Below, piece by piece: positions 38,335-45,622 of a stretch of 64,000 nucleotides of DNA. Origin of the DNA: Lentimicrobiaceae bacterium (GTDB taxonomy: Bacteria; Bacteroidota; Bacteroidia; Bacteroidales; UBA4417); the NCBI GenBank assembly GCA_033809755.1, contig JAPXLB010000003.1, positions 68,961 through 132,960 on the forward strand, in the 5' to 3' direction. The position numbers were made by a program, and so were the translations under genes. Under the pieces are notes generated by a model. It saw only the letters and a list, made by a program, of their open reading frames with translations, had not been told where the DNA came from and made no database searches. Numbering within the stretch: the first letter of the stretch is position 1; every line of letters begins with the position of its first letter.

Positions 38335-39375
38335 TTAAAACGCTTCATTTATATTTGAAATTCCTGCTTCTAATAATAAAGTTGCAAATTGAATTCCATT
38401 TACTAATTGAACTTTGTAATTTTTTGCCAACTCTTCACAATCAATTGAGTAACTATCAGCCGAAGAAATCACCCACGCAATTTTTGAAAAACCGTCATCC
38501 ATACTGCTATCTTTATATTCTTTGTATTCATTGATTTGTTCCAAAGCCCAAGAATTTGTTTCACCGTCGTGAAATTTTGCCTGAACATAAATTATTGTTT
38601 TTATTGGTTCAAAAGTTGCAATTATATCTGCATCTCCGCTTTTATCACTTTCGTTTTTAGCGGGAATATATACTTTTGATGCTCCAATTTTTCTAAAATA
38701 CCATTGAATTAATAACTCAAATTTGTCTGGGTTTAATTGACTTTTAATAATATCTAATACTTCGTTTTTTGCAGTTTCGATAATTAAACTATATAAATTT
38801 ATTGGTTTTTTGTTGTTATATGCTGTTATTGCAGTTTTTATACTTTGCTCCAAATCTGATATACAAGCATTTGTATTCTGTATTTTCATTCTTGCAGTCA
38901 AAGCATTATCTGCGTAATCATATCGAGAAATATTTGTTGCTATCGGCTTAACTCGTCTAAAAAACCCTAAATCAATATGATTTTCATTGTCAGGTTTAAT
39001 TCGATATAAACAATTATTGTCATCTTTGACAATAGAATTATCCCACCAGTCTTTTAGATTTTTAACATCTAATTCTACACTTGTAATTATTTCGTCATCA
39101 ATAATTTCATATATGGAAAATACTCCTGAACCTGGCACTAAAATATAATCTCCTTTCTCCATTTCGGAAATAAATCGCCACAAGTTATATCTTGTTCTTG
39201 GTCTATTTCCCCAAGTTTTATCAAAATAATTTTCAAACTCGTCCCAATTTCCACTACATTTTTCAATAAATTGAGGTTCTGAAAAATCCGAATATCCAAT
39301 TGATATTAATCCTTTATCCAATAATGGATATGCTAATTCAGCATGATGAGAAATCCTATGAAGCCAATAATTCAT
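38335..39375 (-). CDS. Mrr-type (PD-(D/E)xK) restriction endonuclease domain with an unassigned N-terminal domain (island gene 3)
   Basis: The C-terminal FELLIQWYFRKIGA...SGDADIIATF...IIYVQAKF matches the Mrr catalytic core (D...QxK). The ~180-aa N-terminal domain (MNYWLHRIS...KGDYILVPGSGVFSIYEI) may be a PUA/EVE-like reader. Confidence 0.7.
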   Translation of the reverse strand: MNYWLHRISHHAELAYPLLDKGLISIGYSDFSEPQFIEKCSGNWDEFENYFDKTWGNRPRTRYNLWRFISEMEKGDYILVPGSGVFSIYEIIDDEIITSVELDVKNLKDWWDNSIVKDDNNCLYRIKPDNENHIDLGFFRRVKPIATNISRYDYADNALTARMKIQNTNACISDLEQSIKTAITAYNNKKPINLYSLIIETAKNEVLDIIKSQLNPDKFELLIQWYFRKIGASKVYIPAKNESDKSGDADIIATFEPIKTIIYVQAKFHDGETNSWALEQINEYKEYKDSSMDDGFSKIAWVISSADSYSIDCEELAKNYKVQLVNGIQFATLLLEAGISNINEAF

Positions 39376-39411
39376 ATTATTTATTTATTTGATTATCATT
39401 ATTTTTTATTA

Positions 39412-39547
39412 CACATAACAGTTTTCAGCTATACGCAGGCAGGACTTTTTACCACTAAACTTCCTAAATAGTGCTGAACTTTAAATTTACTACTTTCCTG
39501 TCCTACGGAGCACGAAACTCCTACTAGCGTATAGCTGATGTTATGCC
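39412..39547 (-). repeat. 136-nt imperfect inverted repeat E2, integron attC-like
   Basis: Termini CACATAAC (39412-39419) and GTTATGCC (39540-39547). 12-bp stem TCAGCTATACGC/GCGTATAGCTGA (39425-39436/39527-39538) with asymmetric spacers (5 nt versus 1 nt). Branch hairpin GGAG-cacgaaa-CTCC. It ends 36 nt before the next ATG. Confidence 0.5.
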
Positions 39548-39610
39548 TTCGCACTTCTTTTTTAATCGTGTCAGCTTTTGTCATTTAACATCTATTTTGG
39601 CACATAGGAA

Positions 39611-42600
39611 TTAATATTCCAATCTGTTTCTTTCTGCTTCTTCGTCCATTCGTTTTGCATCTGCTAAATAACCTTGCTGCATTCGTTTAAATATCTCAGC
39701 AACATTAGGGTATTTATTTTTAAAACCATTTGATAATTTCTCAAAGTAGGCGGCTTTTCCTCTTTCAATATCTCCACCATCAAAAGCACCTCTAGTGGAC
39801 ATACCTCGTTTATTAAACATGGCAGATGAATAACCTCCTTTCAATTCATCTGTGTTGATTTCTTCAATAATTTGAAATATTTTTTCTTCTGGCCAAAAAT
39901 TACTGTTTTCAGGATACTGTGCTAAAATTTTACCAATCTCATTGTCGGCAGCTTCTAGTCTACTTACATTTTCTGCTAAAAATCTTGTTTTTGTAACCCA
40001 ATTTTTCAATATCGTTTCATCTATAAAATTATCCTCTTTCATACCTGGAATTTTTTTCCATGAATGAAGCAGATGGTAGGCTTGTTTTGCTCTATTTTGG
40101 ATAGCTTCGTCAGAAATACCTTCTCGTTCTTTTTCCAATAATGTTTTGTCTTTTGGAATGTAAATACACTTTAAAACCTCAATAAAAAAATCAGGGTTGT
40201 TTGCCAATTCTTCTTCTAAAATCTTAGGGCTTCTCCTTGCCCCGTATGAATCTAATATTGGAAGATAAAGCCACTCCAAATGAATAAGGGTTGATTTTTC
40301 AATATCTGTACGCTTGTCAAGTTCTTCAAAAATTCGTTCAATTTCATAACCTATGAAACGTGGCGTTTCACTTGCTTCCTCTGTCGCTGCTTTTTTCAAC
40401 ATCTCTGAAAGCAGATTACTTGAAATTACGTTTGCTAAATGTGAAGCTATATCTATTGCAGAAAAGAATCTTTTGTATTTCAAAAGCATTTCAATTCCAA
40501 TTGTTTTTTCTTCATCGGTAATATGATAAAAATGTGGGTTGATGTTTTGCCAATATTCATTTTGTATTTCTTCATCTAATGAAGCTACATAATTCCATAA
40601 TTGTTGATTTTGATTTAGTGGAATTAGAACATTAGAAAGTGCTTTATTGCTAAACTTCTTTTCTTGTAATTCTTTGAATAATGATTTTATCCAATCAAAG
40701 TTTTCAATGATTGATTTACGATAGATAAAGTTGTGAGCAAAACCAATAAGATTTTTATCGTCATACAAACATTCACAAACTGTAATAACTTCTTCTTTAT
40801 TTGTAATTATGCCAGCTAAAGCACCACCTAAAAGCCAAAACTCTTTAACTTGTTTTCGTAATTCTAAGGTTGCGTTTAAGCCTAATTCTTGAAGAAAAAC
40901 AGTCACTGCTGTTTTTCTTGCTTCATCAATACGCTTTTGTTGTTGATCGTACAGTTCACCTGACTTATTAAGTTCGTATTTAAAGCCTTCTGGAAACTTA
41001 GGCCAATGTTCATTGAAAAGCCAAATGTATTTGTGGATGGTGTCTGTTGGTTGAAGTTTGTTATACAAATTTTCCAACCGTACCAACTCGGATTCTGGTA
41101 AAGCCCAATCGGTATCAGGATGAGACCTGTGATGATTTAAAATTCCCCTTATTGTTTCCCAAGTTGAAAATTTTTCCTGTTTGATATTTGGGTAAACTTC
41201 ATCAGCCCAATCTAAAACTCTTTTTCTGTCTTTAGGAGAAAGATTGGGTATTTCTTTTATGAGTTGAGAAAATTTTTCTTCATCATTATCAAAAAGGTTT
41301 ATAAGCATTTCTATTACTGATGAATGCGTATTCCATATTTCTTTATATGTGTATGTAAGGTTAGTGTTCTTGTCAAACATTCGCCAACGCATTTTATGTG
41401 TAGGATGAGCAATCCCGTGATGGTCAGGAAGCATTCTTATTAAAAGATTCCAACCCAATTCTTTTTCTTTTTCAGTAACGAATTTTAGAATTTCCATTCT
41501 TTCATCAAAAGATGCAAGAGTTTGAAAATGCCACGGTTTAAAAATTTCTGTAACGCTATTCAATGGTCTGTTTGACAAACTACCTCCTGGGTCAAGTCTT
41601 GAAAGTTTTAGCAGAATCAAACTTACATCTCTTAAATATTCTGGCAACCAAGCTAAATTTTCAAGTGCCCACAACAATCCTGTGTGATGACTTGTTTTGT
41701 GCAAAAAACCATCTTCCTCTTTGAACATATCCATTATTTCGGGCTGTTTTTTTGCTAAAGAATTTTTTACAGCTTTGAGAAAACTTTCAGGTGACGCTTC
41801 TGAAATAAGTGGCAATTCGTTGTCAACGGAAATCCAGATTTCTCCACTTGCGTTATAAAGTAAATCAAAAATAATATTATCAACCCAGCTTTGAGGATTA
41901 TCAAGATTGGGGATTTTCACATCATTTAATAGTCCAATTAAAATTAAAGATTGTATTAGCCCTTCCCTAGACCAATTAGAGTATTTGTGTTTTTTGTTGA
42001 AATAAGCCGCAAAACTGTTTTTTTCTTCGGGTTCAATGACTGGATTTCCATTCTTAAACGCCATTGAAAAACATTCTTTAATATTTTGAAAATCTTTTGT
42101 TGTAAGTTGATAGGAAAGATTTGTCCATAAATCTAATGGCGAAGTTAATCGCCAAGTTTTTCCGATTTGTATGATTGGTGATTCTTCAAAATTTCTCCAT
42201 TTGTTAAGTGTTACCAAATAGTCGGAATACTTTTGTTCAGAAAGTTTTTCAATTAGTTCAATATCGCCAACAAAAGTTTCATTCCATCTCCCTAATAAAA
42301 GTGCGGGTATTATCTCACGAATGTTTTCTTTTTCAATCCATTTTGCTTTGTAATAAGGAAAGCCTAGTAGTTTTTTAAGAATAGTAATATTTCGCCCTGA
42401 TTCTTTAGATAATTTTTCTGCATATTCTCTTGATATACCGCTTTCAATTAACGATTTTATTTGCCCGTCCCTATCTATTGTTGGCAGTGTGATAATTTCT
42501 TGATTGAAATTGTCATCTGCACCGAGAGGAACTAATACGTGGTTTCCTTTTGATACAGCTAAGTAAAGAGGTTGCGCTTCATCAAATCTTGGAATGAGAT

Positions 42601-43408
42601 TTAAAGTAGAGGATACATTGTTTCTTACTATTCCACGAAAATTACCTTCTGTATCTATTATTAGTGCTTTAGAAAAAAATCTGTCAGCCTCTTCAGGAGG
42701 AAACGTTTTTGCTGATGCAATAATGAAAGCAATTGCTTCATTTTTTGTAGAAGCTTTAATTCCTTTAATTGTAGGTTCTCCTTGTAATGCTGACAACAAT
42801 AAGTCCTTTTCATATTCTCTGCCTGCAATTATACTTTCAGGTGAAAGAATTAATCCTTTTGGCCCGATTGACCATTCTTCCCAAAATTCATCAGCAGTCA
42901 TTATTCCATCAAATGGATATGTTCCAACTCCATCTTGCGAAGCAAACCAACGTGAAACTGATTGTGCATTATCAAGCCATTGTTCTAAGTCCATTGAATC
43001 ATATACTTTAACATCTTTCCAATGATTTTCGGCTTTTTTTGCTGCAATCCATTCGTCTTTTTTTGTCCAAAGTCTGGGTGTTACAAATATAAAAACAGAA
43101 TCGCTAGGTGTAAAACCTATTGGATTCTTTTTTCTTTTATCATAATCATCATCAGCTTTTCCTTTACAATCAGACGAAGTACCAAACTCCCACAAAGAAG
43201 TTCCTTGAGGTACATAAGCCGTTTCGGTTTCACAAATGACAATTCCATCCCAACCTCCGATATAGGTCGCACTACCTGAAGGAAGATTTGCTTTTGTGCT
43301 TGCAGGCGTTGTTGCTCTTACTAATCTTGAAATTAAATAAGGCAAAACAGCCTTTGAAAAGGTTGTGTCTGCCCATCTTTCGAGATTATTTCTGGTAACA
43401 AGTTTCAT
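39611..43408 (-). CDS. 1265-aa protein of unknown function (island gene 2)
   Basis: Long uninterrupted ORF with no Walker A or helicase motif. The ~170-aa N-terminal globular region (GGWDGIV...SLWEFGTSSDCKGK) is followed by more than 1000 aa that look helical-repeat-like. Antisense ORFs inside it were rejected. Confidence 0.8.
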   Translation of the reverse strand: MKLVTRNNLERWADTTFSKAVLPYLISRLVRATTPASTKANLPSGSATYIGGWDGIVICETETAYVPQGTSLWEFGTSSDCKGKADDDYDKRKKNPIGFTPSDSVFIFVTPRLWTKKDEWIAAKKAENHWKDVKVYDSMDLEQWLDNAQSVSRWFASQDGVGTYPFDGIMTADEFWEEWSIGPKGLILSPESIIAGREYEKDLLLSALQGEPTIKGIKASTKNEAIAFIIASAKTFPPEEADRFFSKALIIDTEGNFRGIVRNNVSSTLNLIPRFDEAQPLYLAVSKGNHVLVPLGADDNFNQEIITLPTIDRDGQIKSLIESGISREYAEKLSKESGRNITILKKLLGFPYYKAKWIEKENIREIIPALLLGRWNETFVGDIELIEKLSEQKYSDYLVTLNKWRNFEESPIIQIGKTWRLTSPLDLWTNLSYQLTTKDFQNIKECFSMAFKNGNPVIEPEEKNSFAAYFNKKHKYSNWSREGLIQSLILIGLLNDVKIPNLDNPQSWVDNIIFDLLYNASGEIWISVDNELPLISEASPESFLKAVKNSLAKKQPEIMDMFKEEDGFLHKTSHHTGLLWALENLAWLPEYLRDVSLILLKLSRLDPGGSLSNRPLNSVTEIFKPWHFQTLASFDERMEILKFVTEKEKELGWNLLIRMLPDHHGIAHPTHKMRWRMFDKNTNLTYTYKEIWNTHSSVIEMLINLFDNDEEKFSQLIKEIPNLSPKDRKRVLDWADEVYPNIKQEKFSTWETIRGILNHHRSHPDTDWALPESELVRLENLYNKLQPTDTIHKYIWLFNEHWPKFPEGFKYELNKSGELYDQQQKRIDEARKTAVTVFLQELGLNATLELRKQVKEFWLLGGALAGIITNKEEVITVCECLYDDKNLIGFAHNFIYRKSIIENFDWIKSLFKELQEKKFSNKALSNVLIPLNQNQQLWNYVASLDEEIQNEYWQNINPHFYHITDEEKTIGIEMLLKYKRFFSAIDIASHLANVISSNLLSEMLKKAATEEASETPRFIGYEIERIFEELDKRTDIEKSTLIHLEWLYLPILDSYGARRSPKILEEELANNPDFFIEVLKCIYIPKDKTLLEKEREGISDEAIQNRAKQAYHLLHSWKKIPGMKEDNFIDETILKNWVTKTRFLAENVSRLEAADNEIGKILAQYPENSNFWPEEKIFQIIEEINTDELKGGYSSAMFNKRGMSTRGAFDGGDIERGKAAYFEKLSNGFKNKYPNVAEIFKRMQQGYLADAKRMDEEAERNRLEY

Positions 43409-43475
43409 ATTTTAATTGCGATTTCTTTTGTTTCTCTTTATGCTTCTTGTCGGTGGTATCTTCTTTTAGAGTGAG

Positions 43476-43672
43476 GCATAACGCCCCATATACGTAACAA
43501 ATGTACAACATTCGTACATATAAAACACAATTTGAATAACAAAAATACATTTATTTATCCAACAAACAAATTTTATAACACCAAATATTATTTTTGTACC
43601 TAATGGCAAAATCCGACAAGTAAAAGAAGCGTTTTATAAATAAGCTTTAAGGGTATATCTCTTTTGAAGTAT
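43476..43672 (-). promoter_or_regulatory. Island upstream module, copy A
   Basis: Aligns by eye with 44878-45048 over ~170 nt. On the - strand it contains TATTTTTG (a TAnnTTTG-type box) and the ATGTAC-gaatgtt-GTACAT hairpin. On the + strand it has TATTTTTG followed by the mini-ORF ATGGCAAAATCCGACAAGTAA. Confidence 0.55.
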
Positions 43673-43767
43673 AAGCCTGCTAACAGACGACAATACGCAA
43701 CGTAAGGATTTTGCGGTGACGAACCAATTATCAGTAACAAACCTTGCTGGCTAGCAATGCGTTTAAC

Positions 43768-44814
43768 CTACCAATAACACTCCCATGGTGTATAACAGCA
43801 CCTTATGCCCAGCTTTTTTATTATCCTTCCGTTATAATAAGTCAAATAATTTTCGTCTGCAATTGATTTGTTCTTGATTTTCCAATAATTTTTGAGTCTA
43901 TTTCCAAGTGAAGAAACGGCAACTTTACATCGAATATTACTCATTTCCTTTCCCCAATGAGTTCCATGATGTGGTAATATCACCATATCCCAATATGAAT
44001 TGTTTGAAACAGATAAATTATATTCCAATGCATTGTCTATCTCATTTGCCTCCAAATCACCTAAAAACAATAGCTGATTATTACAATATGCTAATGATAT
44101 TCTATTTGCAATTCCTCTTAATTCATCATTTAAATTTTTAATATGCTTCAATCTTTCATTACGCTGTTCAGAATCAATTAAATTTATTGTTCCTTTCTCT
44201 GTTTGCTCCGACTCAAAATTAAATTCTTCTTCTTTATCTTGATAGAAAGAATTATCTAATGTCTTATATATTTTTTGTAAAATGTCATCTTTCTGTAATT
44301 CTTCATTAAAAAGCTTTATTACTTTTTCTACCGATTCGGTAAAGGAATTGTCTATCTCTCTTGGAGGCCAAATTACTTGAAATGATTTCTGACCCAAATT
44401 AATAAAATCACCCTGGGAAACAGGAATAACATTGAACCTTCTATTATAGCTGATTTTTGAGATTAAATTAATAAAATCATACTCCATACTTCCTGAATCA
44501 TTACCCAACAAGTAAAAATTAACCGTCTGGAAAGCTTTTAGCAATGCAGACCTATTACTAAATTTTGGAAGTCTAGGGAAATAGACGGTATCTATATGGG
44601 CACACATCCCCGAATGTGCAATATTCACTAAACCACTATAATGGTCAGAATGGAAATGTGACAACACGAACGAAAATGGAAAGGAATGACAAAATCTATA
44701 TAATAATCCCTTATTCACGTCGTGCTGGGAACCAAAGTCAGTTACAAGTCTTTCATTTTTTAATCTAAAATCAACAAACAGACCATCTCCAATGTCATTT
44801 ATTATTACAATCAT
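43768..44814 (-). CDS. Metallo-beta-lactamase-fold hydrolase, ComEC-like subtype (island gene 1)
   Basis: HxHxDH motif SHFHSDHYSG, then FLGDLE and ILPHHGTHWG, which resembles the ComEC/Rec2 MBL domain. There are no membrane segments. Confidence 0.75.
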   Translation of the reverse strand: MIVIINDIGDGLFVDFRLKNERLVTDFGSQHDVNKGLLYRFCHSFPFSFVLSHFHSDHYSGLVNIAHSGMCAHIDTVYFPRLPKFSNRSALLKAFQTVNFYLLGNDSGSMEYDFINLISKISYNRRFNVIPVSQGDFINLGQKSFQVIWPPREIDNSFTESVEKVIKLFNEELQKDDILQKIYKTLDNSFYQDKEEEFNFESEQTEKGTINLIDSEQRNERLKHIKNLNDELRGIANRISLAYCNNQLLFLGDLEANEIDNALEYNLSVSNNSYWDMVILPHHGTHWGKEMSNIRCKVAVSSLGNRLKNYWKIKNKSIADENYLTYYNGRIIKKLGIRCCYTPWECYW

Positions 44815-44860
44815 AATGCAATTTTTAATATTTTATTTTCAAACTTTCTTTTCTTAATTA

Positions 44861-45048
44861 CTTACAACAATTATTTTCACGTATCAAATGTACAACATTT
44901 TTATAAAAACAAGTAAAAACGCAAATTTATTTATCCAACAAACAAATCAAATAACACCAAATGTTATTTTTGTAGTTAATGGCAAAATCCGACAAGAAAA
45001 AGAAACGTTTTATAAATAAGCTTTAAGGGTATATCTCTTTTGGAATAT
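44861..45048 (-). promoter_or_regulatory. Island upstream module, copy B
   Basis: See copy A. The + strand mini-ORF is intact here (44979-45026, MAKSDKKKKRFINKL). Confidence 0.55.
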
Positions 45049-45049
45049 T

Positions 45050-45117
45050 GTTAGCTATTGGGCATTGGCTATTGGCTATTAGCCATTGGCTATTGGCTGA
45101 TGCGTGTTGCGGGTTAG
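45050..45117. repeat. G/T-rich heptamer block (ATTGGCT type) plus GCGTGTTGCGGGTTAG
   Basis: gttagctattgggcattggctattggctattagccattggctattggctgatgcgtgttgcgggttag. Confidence 0.8.
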
Positions 45118-45122
45118 ATTTT

Positions 45123-45337
45123 ACTCATTTAAAATCCTTTTTACGCAGAATATGTATAAAAGAAACGTTAAAAATTTCTGAATCCCTGTAAGAAATTTAG
45201 TTTCTTTTATACGGTTTTTATTGCCATAGGGCAATAAAAAATTCCTTGTAAAAAGTGTCTTTTCTTTTGTTTCGTTTTCTTTGGACAAGCAAAGAAAATG
45301 AAAAAAACAAAATTGAAACCGTAAAAGTTTATTGATT
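45123..45337. repeat. Dispersed structured repeat R2, copy b
   Basis: Near-identical by eye to 33347-33562. The tetraloop hairpin has loop ATAG where copy a has GAAA. Confidence 0.8.
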
Positions 45338-45454
45338 GGAAAAAAGCCTAATTTGGATAACTGTTAGCTGGTATGAGGTGCGGGTTAGTTCTGAGTCGGG
45401 AGTATTGAGTTGAAACATTTCGGTCGCTGAGCGCCGAAGCCCAATGTATTATCT

Positions 45455-45519
45455 ATTTTCGGCATTTCGATACACCGATATTTCACTTCGTTCAATATCG
45501 GCACTCAATGACCGAAAAT
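45455..45519. repeat. Palindromic unit R3, copy a
   Basis: ATTTTCGG...CCGAAAAT outer stem and CCGATATT/AATATCGG inner stem. Shares CATTTCGATAC and CACTCAATGACCGAAAAT with 56028-56091. Confidence 0.7.
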
Positions 45520-45543
45520 ATAAAACTCGTAACTAACACCGAC

Positions 45544-45620
45544 CAATCACCAATCACCAATCACCAATCACCAATCACCAATCACCAATCACCACTCACC
45601 ACTCACCACTCACCACCACC
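45544..45620. repeat. C/A-rich heptamer array: (CAATCAC) about 7 times, then (CACTCAC) 3 times
   Basis: caatcaccaatcaccaatcacc...actcaccactcaccactcaccaccaccc. It abuts the 3' end of osmC, and heptamer-like sequence (caccaatcac) continues a few codons into the gene. Confidence 0.85.
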
Positions 45621-45622
45621 CA

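Noticed and set aside
43676-43767. A third canonical attC-like element directly after the MBL gene
   Set aside because: A GTTAGCA site (43678-43684 on the + strand, as TGCTAAC) and a small CGCAA/TTGCG hairpin are present. I could not pair the ends into an R/L-type inverted repeat like E1 and E2.
36100-45055. Island-internal small ORFs (35943-36209, 37375-37605, 37867-38082, 38310-38534, 42594-43025, 42787-43011, 43022-43279, 43908-44141)
   Set aside because: They are antisense to, or overlap, the five long co-oriented ORFs or the attC-like repeats, and their products are low-complexity.
45455-45519. Hammerhead-like reading of CTCAATGA...CCGAAA in the R3 units
   Set aside because: The core does not match CUGAUGA...GAAA, and the three-stem geometry with a cleavage-site triplet cannot be drawn.
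14325-45620. Short tandem repeats considered as possible CRISPR arrays
   Set aside because: The period is 7 nt and there are no unique spacers. No cas genes are present in the window.
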